Below are positions 13,383 through 26,042 of a DNA stretch of 64,000 bases, in pieces. Under the pieces are notes generated by a model. That model saw nothing but the letters and a program-made list of their open reading frames with translations, did no database searches and was not told the DNA's origin. Positions within the stretch are counted from its first letter, which is position 1. Each line of letters opens with the position of its first letter. The position numbers were made by a program, and so were the translations under genes. The stretch comes from Patellaria atrata CBS 101060 (Eukaryota). The DNA lies in the NCBI GenBank assembly GCA_010093705.1, contig MU006098.1, positions 696,666-760,665 of the forward strand, written 5' to 3'.

Positions 13383-14746
13383 AGTATACGGGGATATTGG
13401 GAAATCCGCAATCAATTGCGGGCGTAGGTAGAAATCGAATGACAAAACGAACCATAAACCGATCAAGACTTTCTTTCTACCTATGTACCACCCCTTCCAC
13501 CCAAATATACAAAGTATGGAGTTTATGCTCTTTACCTAGCTGCAGAAACACATTGCAGCACAAACACAAACGCCCAGGAGGAAGAGCGAATCCACGATGC
13601 ACAGTAGGGTCGCACTGAGAAGATGAGATTACGAGTTCGGAAGAAAAGTTTCGGTCGCGGGGACCCCATGCCTTTTTCTTCTGTTGAGAGACATGTGGTG
13701 GAGAGCTGAAGAGTAGTCTTGGAGCTCCATGGCGTGGCGTCAAGACGAGGTATTCTCGCTTTTAAGCTCTATCGATCGTCTGGCCGCATTAGGGAAGGGA
13801 GTGGGCAAGCTCGCGGTAACTAAACCTTAAGCATGCAGATCTACAGTCTAAGGATCTGCGTGGCTGATCGAACTGGGACGGCACGTTTTGGGCTTTATCT
13901 GAGGAATGAATGTCTGAAGTCTTGGGCTCTTGGAGCTGAGAACTCGCATCCTATCGTTTCTGCATGTATGCTTGCACTGGTCGCAGCAGTTCTTGCTGTT
14001 CAGCTGAGATACAACCTGTCAATTGAGTCCTGTTGCAGGAGAGAACCGACGTTTCAATGAGTGCGGAAGGTAACTCTATGGTGTATTGAAATTTGAAGCG
14101 TGTTTCACTCGGAGAAGTTCCTCGGCCTGATATCAGGATGAATACTCAACAATCACATTATTGAGTTACAACCTCTGCCGTAAAACCTTCTCACCTTTCT
14201 CTACCTTACTCAAGTTCTGTCTGCCGTCTGTACCGTTAATCACCGGCTCCCCGTCATCCGGTTCGGGAGACGATGAGCCGGCGTCGATCACAGCGATCAC
14301 AAGAAAACCTCCAAGACCGCGCAGCAACTTGTAGGACGTCATCAATACAAGTCGACCTTCACCTGGTGCTTAGTAGTATTCTTATCCATCTGGCAACAAC
14401 GCTAGGGTTTTGCTGCGTAAACAGCAGATTATCATATTATCATGACTTGGAGGTGGAAGTAAGAACTCGAAGGAGTTTACCTGATGCGCCTACGAATCTC
14501 AACCTCCTTTCCCCTACTCCTTAGTTCTAACCTCCTTTCTTCTCTAAGACGAAGAAGAATAAAAAAAAATACCAATCATACCATGCAGACCAGACCAAGG
14601 GAAAGGAAAAACGCCAACCATGCAAATGATCGTACAAGAAACTCGACAAAGGCCGTACTAAAACACCATAAAAATGGTTCTGAAGGATTAAAGATGCAAA
14701 GGGAGATGTAAAAAAGAAAAAGAAAAAGGGGGTCTTGGATCCTCTT

Positions 14747-16523
14747 CTACACCACAACTGTAACGGTTGGTCTCGTATCGACCACCTCACTCCCTCCTCC
14801 CACCGTATCCCCCTCAATCGGTAACGGCCTATTTCCCGACGCAGCTGCTTCCTCCACGATCTTTTGCCTCTCCTGTCTGATTTTTTCTCGAAGTTTATTC
14901 TCTGCGTTATCGATCTCGCTGATCAGGTTGGTGACTTCCTCTCTTCGCCAACTGGTCTGCACGATCACTTGCTTGAGCTGGACGATCTTTTGATCCAGTT
15001 CGCGGACGAGGTCTCCTGTTTCTGGAGTCTGGAGCCCGGAGATGGCGCTCTGTTCCGCCGAGTAAATAACATCATGGGCCTGTTTCAAAAGCGCGCGGTT
15101 TGATTCCTCAGCTTTGACGTTAAGAGGACCGGCGACCTGAAGCAAAACCAACAAAAAGAGGTGATTAGCAAAGTGGTGATGCAACATCTGGTGAATTCGA
15201 CGAGCTTACCGTTTCTAAATCCATCAAAGCAGCCCTCAAAGCCTCTCGACTGCCCTTTGAATTTGGATCATTCGTGACCGCCTTCGCCTTATCAATCTTC
15301 TCCTGAATCTGCATCGCTACCTCCTCGCTCACCTCACCCCTATAATCCTGGAGCCGCTGCTCCATGAGGTCCCAATACTTCTGGAGCTCCTCTCTAACCC
15401 TATCCAGAGCCCTCAATTCCTCATCCCGCTCGTGTCTCTTCTCCTCCCAGAAATCCCGTGTCTCTTCCGGGTAGCTCGTATGCTGGACCTCGAGCTCCCA
15501 GTCCGGCTTATGCATCTCCGCCCGCTCGAGCCAATACTGCATCCTCTCTTGCCGATGACCCACGCCCGCGAAATGCACGAGGAAGTCCCCGCGACGCACC
15601 TGATGCGGTTGCAGCGTCTCGTTGTGCTCGCCTTGATAACCGTTGAACCATCTCTGCGGCGTCTGGATCGCAGACCTCGCGAAACGCTCTTCCTTCAGCA
15701 ATGCGTCCATGGCGCTCTGGTCGCGGAATGTGAGCTGGTAATCCGGCCTGTAGTGGCGGAACGCAAGGATCGCGCTGAAGAGTTCCACACTCCACGGGTG
15801 AACGCGGACGGGGAAGACGCCGTTGTTGAGGCCGTTCCAGTCGTGCGTTATTAGGATGTGGGTGTCGTCCCACTCCGGCGTCGGGGGGAGAAAGACCTCG
15901 ATGGGGATGTAGGGATTCAGAATGATGGTGTCGGCGTCGACCCAGAGAAGCCATTCCAGCCGCTGGTCATCCGGTTTCTCGAGTTCTTGAAGGAGAAGAG
16001 AGAGTATGTACGCGGGTTTGGTCCAGACGTCGTCGAGGATACCTTTTCTTAGAACAAGCAGTGGGTAACCGTGGAGGCGATTGTGGGCTTCGTGAGTTCG
16101 GAGAGCACGCTCATAAGTCGGGTTTGGGTCTCCAAAGAGGATTGTGCATTTCCCTATCCGTGTACGTTTGCCCGGTATCAGGTGCGAGACGCTATGATAG
16201 TCCAACGTGCCCTTATCGTCAAACGTGCGGTTTCCGAAGAGCTCTTGATAGCGTTCTTCATCATCTTGTTCACTAGGTTGAGTAGCCCATGGGTTTAACT
16301 TGGAGAGCTTCTCGCCCAATGCCGATGTATGGTTTTTAGCAGCACTCCACCCGTCCGCTGCCGAAGAGTTATACCCGTCTCCTGCGAATAGTGATACACT
16401 ACAGTATCCCAGCAGAGCACAGACTACGCAGAGTATAACAGTACGAGATCGGCCGGTAAAGAATCCATGCCGCTTGTTGGGGAGAAACCAGACGGGTAGT
16501 ATGTGCGGAGAGGAGCGAGACAT
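14747..16523 (-). CDS. Glycosyltransferase family 34 (Mnn10/Gma12-like) type II membrane protein with coiled-coil tail
   Basis: N-terminal TM segment; WTKPAYIL, WLLWVDADT (DxD), DWNGLNNGVF, FRDQSAM, GDFLVHFAG. Intron 15137-15209. Confidence 0.9.
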
Positions 16524-18211
16524 TGTTATATTTGGTGATCAGAAATCTATCGCTGTCACGGATAGATGTACAGTTAAAAGATTCTGGTTGAAAAGTAGAT
16601 CGTATAGTAACACCAGGTACAGTTATTAGCGGGTATTGTTGATTGAGCGGTTAAAGGGGTTTCTGATCGTATTAGATGGTCTTGTTAGATCATCACTCTA
16701 CTCCACTCTTTCCCGATCTATTGAATTGTAGACGGAAAGAGTGAGTTGGGCCGGAGTTAGGAACGGGAACTATGGATTATGCTACAACGACGTTGGAATT
16801 AGGTATAGCCGTTGTATGTCCCACGGTACGAAGTGGGTAGGGAGGAATAGACTATAACTAAAGCAACGATGCTCAACGCAATATAACACTCCGGCTTCTC
16901 TGGACCATCGAAGGAGAAAAGGGAAGTGTAAGCTATCAGAAAACTACACTGTGAAAGTGTGAGAAAGCTGAAAATTCGCGTCAACCATCAAGAGAAACGA
17001 GAGCATGAGGAATAAACGCGAAGAATGCTCATAATCGAAGGCGATCTCATTCCAAAGAAAAGAAAAGGTTGCAAGAGAAATGAAATTCCTGTCATCCCTT
17101 CGGAGGGGTCACACACAAATCCCAAGGCGAACAAACCCCCTGGCAGCTATCCGATTCTACAGATCAGCTCTCAGATTTGAGCTCCCATTTGAGCGCCCTC
17201 AATGCTGATAACCGCACGCCATCACTATTACGGGTATGAATGGTTCTCGTTTGGGAGACTGGGCGGAATGGTTTTGATAGCCATGGGCTTGGTGGCGCTC
17301 TGGCGAGATTCTCTCGCTTCGATCTGATAGTTAGTTCTACTGTATGTAGAAAAGACACACGACCTTGTTACTGTAGGTTCGAAAGCTTGCTTGTGATTAA
17401 TCAATGCAACTATTGTGAGGTCTGGAAATGAGAAAACTCGGATATACTGCAATGCGAGAATATAACCCCTGTGGTGCCCACATATTTCGAGATATATATG
17501 AGTACTGGGCTGGGATGTTGTTTGATGGATGCTCGTCGTACCCAAAAATGATTGCTACAACATACCTCAAGGATCCCATTCGCCGTGGGGGTGCTCATAC
17601 TGTAAACTATTAACCCCGCTACAGTATAGATAAATATCATTTAAAATCTGTACACCAGTCCTGAGGTATAGTCTTATAGGTACCTCAATATTAGAACCAA
17701 AGTCTAAAGAAACTCCCAAATGTTAATACACCATCATGTACAGTACAGCATGGTACACCCAGACCACGATCAAAGGGAAATTCCTGAATTGTACTGTACG
17801 GAACCTTGCAGTAGACGGATCAATCGTACAACTTGATGCCCAGTAGTGTCCACTTCCCGTACATCCACTCTCGTACAAGTTACCACAAGCCTTGCGGGCA
17901 TGATATGCTCGTACGCCCGGAAAATCATTTTCCAGTAAAAGTGACGGCGACAAGGAAGTTGAGCTGGTGTACAAGTTTCAGAGTACTTGTATGAGGGTAC
18001 GGTAAGTATATTGCTTTCCAAAAGAGCTTCCATCTTTGTCAATCTGTCGAAAACGGCTGTACGACCTAATTCTCGTTTCAAAATAACGCACATCTTGCAT
18101 GCACACTCGTAACCCAACACAAGAAACCCAATATCCACGCGTAAACCCATGATTCCAATCCAAACTCGTCTAGACATACCCAACCTAATACAGGTATTTC
18201 TCCTATGACAA

Positions 18212-19279
18212 TCACACGGTACCCACCTCCTCTCCACCCGCTCCCGCTCCCGCTCCCCCCCTAACCGCCGCAACAAACTCTTGATACCTAAAAACCTCTC
18301 CCCTACCCAAACCCCTCGCAACATCCTTCCCAAAAGCCCTCCGTCCCGTAAACCCCTGCATAATCCTCTCCATCTCCCTATCCCCAAGTCCCCTACCCCC
18401 AGTCTCCGGCGCCGTGTGCATCAGAGCATCCCGCAACTCCTCCACATCAATCTGTCCGCTATCATCCACATCGAACGCCGAAAACGCAGCCGAGAGCTCC
18501 GATGCGCTAGACAACGGCGCCAAGAGCACGGCGAGGTTGTTCAGGTACGCGGGCAGCGTGATGGTGCTGCTGGGCCCGAGATAGGCGTCCAGCGAACCAG
18601 CGTCGTCGGGGAGTCCGAGTTGGCCGAGCATGCTGGCTACGTCGTCGCGCGTGATGGAGCCTGTGTTGTGTCGGTCCAGCACTGCGAAGGACTCGCGCAT
18701 CGAGTGGAGCAGTGCGGGTGGGATGTGTGCGAGTGGGTCTGAAGGGTTGTGTGCAGGACGGATGGTCGAAGCGGTCGTGGTGCGCGGTACGGATGGTCGG
18801 GGCCGCGTGGTGGCTGAGTATGGGGTTACAGTTGGCGCTGTTGAGGGTGCGGGAGATAGGCCTGCGGGGCGGACCGTAGAACTACTTGGTTTCTGGTTGC
18901 GGGTGGGAGAGTCGGCGGGTTCGGGTGTTGCGGTTGTGCCCCGAGTTGTGAGCCAGGGGTTTGCACTAAGGTTTGTTGTTGTAGAATTGCGCAGAGGTGT
19001 CGAGGGACGCTCTGCGGAGGGTGTTTGGGGTAAGGGTGAAGGCGAGGGTGACGGTGAGGGTGATGGTCCAGTCGGAGGGTGACTTTGTTTGAGAGGAGAG
19101 GTTGTTGGTGCGCTCGCGCGAAGTGTGGATGGCGAGCGGCTGTGGGATGAGTCTTGCCGTCTGAAAGGCGAGGTCCGAGGAGAGTTGAAGGAGAGAGGAG
19201 AAGGTTTGTAGTGGGTTGGTGTCGTTGCCTAGGGCACGTCAATAACCAAACTTAATGTTTGAACTGTAGGACTTACCAT
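18212..19279 (-). CDS. EF-hand calmodulin-family protein, probable myosin regulatory light chain with a long Ser/Pro/Thr-rich N-terminal extension
   Basis: ATG-only exon 19277-19279, intron to 19229, then ATTPTHYKPSPLSFNSPRTSPFRR... in frame with MRESFAVLDRHNTGSI and AFSAFDVDDSGQIDVEEL EF-hand loops. Confidence 0.8.
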
Positions 19280-19763
19280 TGTACGAGATTGAAATTGCAA
19301 GTATTTGCGAACGAATTCGGTGGTGTCGTTGAATTGTTTGAAGTATGGGTTTGGGTTGAGTGGGTGTTTACATACAATTATCTTTTTTAGGCTAAGCGTC
19401 AATCGGAGGATTGTCGTTCACATGCTTGGCGCCAGATGTTAAGCGTCTGGACCCTGATCCGAGGTTCATCCGCCCAAGTTAGAACAGAAGCGGATGTGAA
19501 GCAAAGGGGACTGTACCTTAGATAAGTTATGTGAAGGCAAACGACCAACAAAACCCGCAACTTGATTGTTTGTTACTTTATATCGTAGACCTCTCCCCGA
19601 CTTTCTACGCATGTACCTTGCGTTACCCCGCGGTACTAAAGTTTCAATGTCTTTGTTGATACTTTCGTAAACCTCTTTTTCTATCTCCACTCCACCACAT
19701 GAACGACCTCTAATTGACGGTGCCACATATCACGGTGTACCCTCACTAGGGTAATTTCGAATC

Positions 19764-22312
19764 ATGGCCTCAGTGGCTGCTCAACGTCCGCCTCCTCCTT
19801 CGAAACCCGGCATGCAGCGACAATCCTCCTTCTCGTCGTTTCCGTCTTCGCGCTCCCCCTCTACATCCCTTCGCAATGGTCGCTCCCCTCAACCACCGGT
19901 TGTTAGAGGATCAGATAGATCATCCGACTCTTCAATTCATCCGTCACAACGTTCTTCCACACTTGTCCCATCCTTTTATGGTCAGAAATCGCGCGGACCA
20001 ACTCGAAAATTACGTTCTCAATATCCCCTCGATTCAACCGAGAGACATGTCGAATATATTCTTGTTGCGGGATTCGACATCGACAGAGGCTCAGTTATGG
20101 AACATCAATATCCAAGTCCCATTACGGGAGATGAGCAGATGCTAGCGGAGCTTATGTTGCCTGACCAAGCTCACTTGCGTGAGTCGGATTGGACCATGTT
20201 TTTCCTACATAAAGATACTACAGAGGAAGACGAGGCTAGAGAGGAACGGATGGAGAGGAAAAGATTGAGGAAAGAAATGAGAGAGAGCCAGTCAGGAGCT
20301 GAATCTTCGTCGAAAGGAGCCGAGGACATGGACGAAGAAGAGGACAGTGAGGAGGAGCATCAGGAGGAGGACCAAGACGATCTGGATGGCCCACCACTGA
20401 TATATGTCCTGAATCTTGTCAACACAAAGCAAGACAGTAATGCTAAGAGGTATGTTTGCTCTTGATTCAGATTTTATGGATTAGTGCTTATAATGCGTAG
20501 AGGTGCGGTTGTGAAGTCGATGGCTATCTGCACAAGGCACTCGTTCCTCCACATCTACAAGGTAACACAACCGAACCACCCACCTGCATGAACTTGCATA
20601 ATGACGCTAATCTACCCCTCAAGCCTCTTCTCGTTCTCGCTTTGGCCGAGTATTTCCGTGCCCCCTATCCAGAGACACTTGCATCTCTGTACAATGCCGT
20701 CAACGCTATGGACCTTTCACCGATGCCACGTCTGTCCTTTCTAGAACGACAGATTTTACAATCCAGCGACCAGAAGGATATGTTTATAGAGAAGTTCGAA
20801 CGCATGTTCCAACAGCGTATGGCAGAAGGTCCCGGAAGATCGTCATCTAATGCATCCGACTCGCCCAGTAAGAAACCTATGCTAAAGCTTCCCCGTGATA
20901 CTCACACCTTCCAATCGACGGTATATTATAATGGCACACCTATGCCTGTTCAAGTGCCTACTGCCATTGTCCCTGAAACAGTCGGCCAATTTTCTATAAT
21001 CACACTTATCAACACCTTTTCCGAGCCTCATACAACTACCCCACAACCCTTCGCATTGCACTCACACCTGACTACCAGTGGCGCCTATACACATCCCATC
21101 ATAGTTCTAGTGAATGCGATACTAACACAGAAACGAATAATCTTTCTGGGTCACAATCAACGTTCTGGGGATGTGGCCGATTTCGTCCTCGCCGCTTGCT
21201 CACTTGCGTCTGGTGGCCTACTACGGGGATTTACTCGCCATGCTTTTCCTTATACCGACTTGACAAAAATTGACGATCTTCTCAAGGTCCCTGGGTTTAT
21301 CGCTGGTGTGACAAATCCCAATTTTGCAAATAAACCGGAATGGTGGGATCTCCTATGTGACGTATCCAGTGGCCGCATGAAAATCAGCGCTCGCATAGAA
21401 CCAGCACCTACCAATGAAGGTGTGAACTATTTCCAACAACCTGGTGGACATCACTCTGGCGGTACGTCAGCTTATTCAGTGGCCGGAATGGCAGCAGCTG
21501 TGGGTGGAGCCCCGAATAATCCGCTCGGCATCGACCCAACTGGTGACAATGCTTTTATGGATTCAATAATTTCTGCCATCACCAACCGTCATGGTGAGCA
21601 AGCCGTTCGTTCCAGATGGCGTGAATGGATCCTCAAGTTCACCCGAATCGCTGCCGCCTTCGAAGAGGTGGTTTACGGCGCATCAGCACTCTATATCGGT
21701 GCGCACGAAACCGATGCCGGTGCATACGGCGTCTCGGGTCACGGATATATCTGGCCTGATGAGCAGAGCAGGTATCGCGAACTTGCGGGGAACGTACACC
21801 GCATCGAGGGTTGGCGCAACACCAGGAGCTATTACAGTTACATACAGGATCTAGGACAGTTGTGGGAAAGACGACCGGTTAGGAGTTTGGACTTCATGCA
21901 TCAGCACGACAGGCTCATGAAGCTGAAGCTCGGCTACGAGCAGAGCGGCGCAATCCTACTCGCTTTTGCAGCTGCGGTCGAGGACGCTCCGGAGAGTCTT
22001 GCTGGGGCATCAAGCAAAGGCAAGCAGGTGGAGGATTCAGAAGTGTCGTCTCAGCTTCAGGAGCAGGTTGCCGCAACTCAGTATGAGACTATCAATCAGC
22101 TACTCACTGTCCTGCCGACCAACGGGAGTGGGCTGTTCCATATTTCTCTCGGATTGTTCCATCCAAATCCAGAAGTTAGGAGTGCAATGGTGAGTTTGCT
22201 GGACAAAATCCAGGACCATGAGGCTGGGAGGCATTACTGGCAGGGTTTGGGTAGGTTCGCCAAATTGGCCTTCTTTAGGGTCAAGAGGGAAGTGGAGATA
22301 ATGAAGGGATAA
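19764..22312 (+). CDS. mesA: Polarity protein MesA / Afi1 (docking domain plus SPA domain)
   Basis: [93 protein letters not shown]. Introns about 20450-20500 and 20562-20623. Confidence 0.88.
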
Positions 22313-22758
22313 AAGTCAAAGGTAGGTCTCGTGAAATATGGCGTAAAATGGTTTAGTTCATAGGATATGGCGATATGATTCATGAATAATGAGGATGATA
22401 AATCTAGGTCAGTATTGGAGGTTAGGTTTAGGTATGGGGTACATTCGACCGTGCACTATCGAGAATTGGAAACCGAAAGATAAGAGAGCTTATTGCCGAG
22501 ACATGAGCAGAAGACGAAAAGTTGTCTACTAAAGATGAGGTTTTGAATCGATAGTAGAATGCCATAAAGAAAAAGGAGCTCGATGATGTCATCCCGCCTC
22601 TGCTTTGAGCTTCCTTTTGTACTACGATCCATATAGTCACCAGCTTATCTTAACCTCTGATATAGCTTCCCTACTCACCTGAACTATCCTTTAATACGAT
22701 CTAATCTCTGTAAAAAGCACCAGAGATTCTAAACTTTGCCCTATTAGCATTTACCAGA

Positions 22759-23697
22759 ATGTCCACCCCCTCTACAACCCACCCGACCTCCAACTATCCA
22801 GTCACACTTCCTCGTATCGAGATACACTGGTGTCAACAATGTAGATGGATGTTAAGAGCGGCATACGTGAGTCCCATCTTACTAGTTTGTTTCATCAGAT
22901 CAATTTTTTTAAATTCGCAATGACTTTCTTACCTATGAAGATCTTTCGGATCAATCTCAAGATATAAATGAAAGAGAAGGGATGGGTCGAGCACAAAAGG
23001 TATCCCACGCAATGGATTTCTGTCTTGAGTTTTCTTCATTTCAATCTATGATTCCAAAATCCATATATTCCCTTTATCTTATTTAACTCTATCTTTATCT
23101 CCACGAACACCCATCCCTTCCCTTCCCATCCAATTCCCTCGTTCTCCCAAACCTAACCACCACCCTAACCAAGCCAAGTACGCCCAAGAACTCTTCTCAA
23201 CCTTCGGCCCCTCAATCGGCGAACTCGCCCTCATCCCCACCACCGGCGGGATCTTCACCATAAACCTCCTCCACATCCCTCAATCATCCTCTTCTTCCTC
23301 ACCCACCTCTCAAAAACCAGAAAAAACAATAATCTGGGACCGCAAATCCGACTCCGGCTTCCCCGAGACCAAAATCCTCAAACAGCGCATCCGCGACCTC
23401 ATCGAACCGTCTAAGGATTTGGGACATTCGGATTCCAAAGACAAACCGCATTCCGCCTCCAAGGATGGACACAACAGACTCGATAAGAAATCCTCCGCGG
23501 TCCCCGTTGTGGTCCAAAAGCCCCCGACACCGCTCCCGCACCCGCCGCAGGATCCACCGCACGAACCTAGACCCGAGGGCGAGGGAGCGGAGGCGTTCAC
23601 GTCTGTGGATTTGACGGCCGCGGAGGCGGTCAGGAGGAAGGGGGATGGGAGTGTGTGCGAGGAGTGTGGGGACTTGGAGGGGGCGATGGGGGTCTGA
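22759..23697 (+). CDS. Rdx / selenoprotein W-like thioredoxin-fold protein (Cys-containing CxxC form)
   Basis: Exon 1 (22759-22866) encodes PRIEIHWCQQCRWMLRAAY. A 312-nt intron follows; exon 2 from 23179 encodes YAQELFSTF..LIPTTGGIF..WDRKSDSGFPETKILKQRIRDLIEP..LGHSD and a C-terminal CEEC. Confidence 0.88.
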
Positions 23698-24047
23698 TGT
23701 GTGTTGGGGGTTAGAGATGGTGTGGGAATGGTTGAAAAACGGGGAAAAGGGGGTGGCGGGGTTATGGGTTCGATGGGGGGTGGCGTAAAGGATTATTCAT
23801 TGTCTGAAAAATGGAGGATGGGGAAAGGAGGTAGTTTCTATGCTGATCACAGCCCTCATCCACAAGAAATAGAATAGATCCATATATGTATGGATGTGTG
23901 TATGTATTAAGTTCTCCCCCCGGCAAAGTAGTCAATCGAGCAAAATTACATCCTCCCTATATACCTTCCGTCCCTATCTACTATACAGATTCCTTTCTCA
24001 ACTCAACTCATACGGTATGTACTCGCCCAACCACCTCAAGGTGAAGT

Positions 24048-25156
24048 CTAAACGAACAAAGCCACACCAGCCAAGCCAGCGAAAGCGGCATACCGCGCCC
24101 CGTCCGCGAAAGGTGCGGCGGCGTTGGTGGTCACTTGCGGTGGTGCGAATTCCGTCTCCGTGGCCGTTGCGTCGGTTTCTGTGCTAGTTGTGAGGAGGGT
24201 TGAGGGGCCGGTGACGGCGGGACCGTCGCAGTGCCTTTTTGGCGGGTTAGTGGGGTTGATTCGTATCGAAGAGGAGGAGTGATCAAAGGGAAAATGGGGG
24301 GTGGAGGATTATGGCTCGAGGTAGGAAAGAAGGATGATGGAAAAGGGGGACTGGGGAGGGAGAAGAAGAAGAAAAAAGTAACCAGAGAGTAAATGTACGA
24401 GGAAAGAAATCACTGGATGGAGCTAACTCTGGTGGGGGAAAAAAGAAAATAAAAAATTAAGCTTACCAATGATCACCATGCGGCTCGCAGCCTACGCTCT
24501 CCGTCGGACTTGGGGGTGGCATGCCAGTCATCGGTTCATCTTCGTCGTGCGTGGTGTGCTCGTGGTCTTCTTCACCCTCGGAGTGCGAATGCTCCGTCAA
24601 GGTGGCGAGGGCGGTAGTGGTAAGCACGGACTCGGTCGCGGAAGCGATGGCAGAGGGTGTGATGACGATGACGACTGGTGTGGTTTCGACGGCAGGACCA
24701 TCGCAATGCCTTCGGTGCAAAACAGTGGTTAGTGAGAGTTGATAATTTGGACAGGGGACGAGCAGCAAAAGGCAATTGGGATTGGAACTCCCAGATACTC
24801 GAGTGTGGGATAGGGAGGTGGGCTTACCAATGGTCTCCATGAGGTTCGCAGCCAATGGATTCAGTTGGAGATGGAGCTAGAGATCCAGTTCCGACAACAT
24901 CACCGGTGGGTGCAGGACCATCACAATGCCTTCAATTTCAAACAATGGTTAGTGAAAGTTCAAGATATCTGATGGGGGAAGAGCGGCAAAAAGTGATCTT
25001 GTGAATAGTCAGATGTTGAAATGGTTAGGTGGCGTACCAGTGGTCTCCATGAGGCTCGCAGCCAATGGATTCAGTTGGGGATGGGGCCAGAGATTCAGAC
25101 TGAGCGAGAGCGAAGGCCACGAGGGCGAAGCTTGGGATGAGGGTTGAGACGCGCAT
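24048..25156 (-). CDS. Secreted, probably GPI-anchored 216-aa protein with 3x SPTES[IV]GCEPHGDHWHCDGP repeats and a His/Glu-rich linker
   Basis: Exons 25156-25038, 24929-24828, 24709-24467 and 24234-24048 total 651 nt in one open frame. Signal peptide MRVSTLIPSFALVAFALA; C-terminus TTNAAAPFADGARYAAFAGLAGVALFV resembles a GPI signal. Confidence 0.85.
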
Positions 25157-25459
25157 CTTTGATTTTGAGCGAATGTTTACCGGATTGAACGAGAGTGTTG
25201 GACTGCGGTAAGAGTAAGAATAAACAGTATAGAAACTGGGCTGGGGAGCTTGAGCTTTATATTAAGCCTAGCAGTAGGTTCAGGCACAGAGTAATATCCA
25301 GACTGCAGGCACGCGAGCCAAGTCGACGTAGACTAATGCCAAGGTTTCCGCCCTCTCGTTTTCTGGTACTTGAGCAAGTTGTTAGTACCTAATCCGGTAA
25401 TTGGGTCTGCCACTTACAGTAGTTTATAGGCGGCGGGACATTCTGATGGGGGTGGGGTA

Positions 25460-25474
25460 GCCATCAAGGTGCCC
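25460..25474 (+). promoter_or_regulatory. Putative ZafA/Zap1-type zinc-responsive element
   Basis: GCCATCAAGGTGCCC fits the Aspergillus ZafA consensus as I recall it (DYYVYCARGGTVYYY), about 300 bp upstream of the ATG at 25156. Further cores nearby: CAAGGT 25340-25345, CAGGGT immediately adjacent, CCCTTGAGGGT 25853-25863, ACCTTG 25921-25926. Confidence 0.55.
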
Positions 25475-26042
25475 ATCAGGGTGGAATTGCCTAGATGCCG
25501 AGAGACTGGGCAGCGGGTTTTTATCCCGCGATAGGTGGTGAGAGGCAATTGATGGGTAATGAGTGTCACCAATGGTACAGCTCCGGGCGCATGTTTCTGG
25601 AAAATAAGCTGTATATACTCTGTATCTTAGTTAGAATGACAATGCAGGAACAGCATGTGAAAGGGCAAATCTGCGTCCCTCGGGAATAGATGACTCAGGG
25701 GTATGGTAGTACAGTAAAACTATAGACGGGATGGATTTGGCTCGGGATGGAAAAATTCAGAAGAAATGTTTAGAATAATGATTCGGGTAACCATATTGAG
25801 CATTTCATTACACTCTCTAGTTTGACTTATCTTCATCCTATTGTAGAGTATTCCCTTGAGGGTGGACTGACTGTGAAAAGAGAAGAAATAGAAAATGGGG
25901 GTTAGGATGATCTTCAATACACCTTGAAAACTCACAAGCAAGTATTGCAGCTAAACAAGAGCTTTGCAGTGGTTTCCACGTTCATACTACATGATGAGTA
26001 GGGAGCGGCATCGTTAAGGTCCCATCTCTTTCATATCTCAAA

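Noticed and set aside
22956..23029. SECIS-like look of the intron hairpin (ATGA..AAAA..GA) in a SelW-family gene, hinting at a fungal selenoprotein
   Set aside because: The gene encodes Cys (TGT) at both CxxC positions with no in-frame TGA, the hairpin is intronic rather than in the 3'UTR, and the upper SECIS stem pairs poorly.
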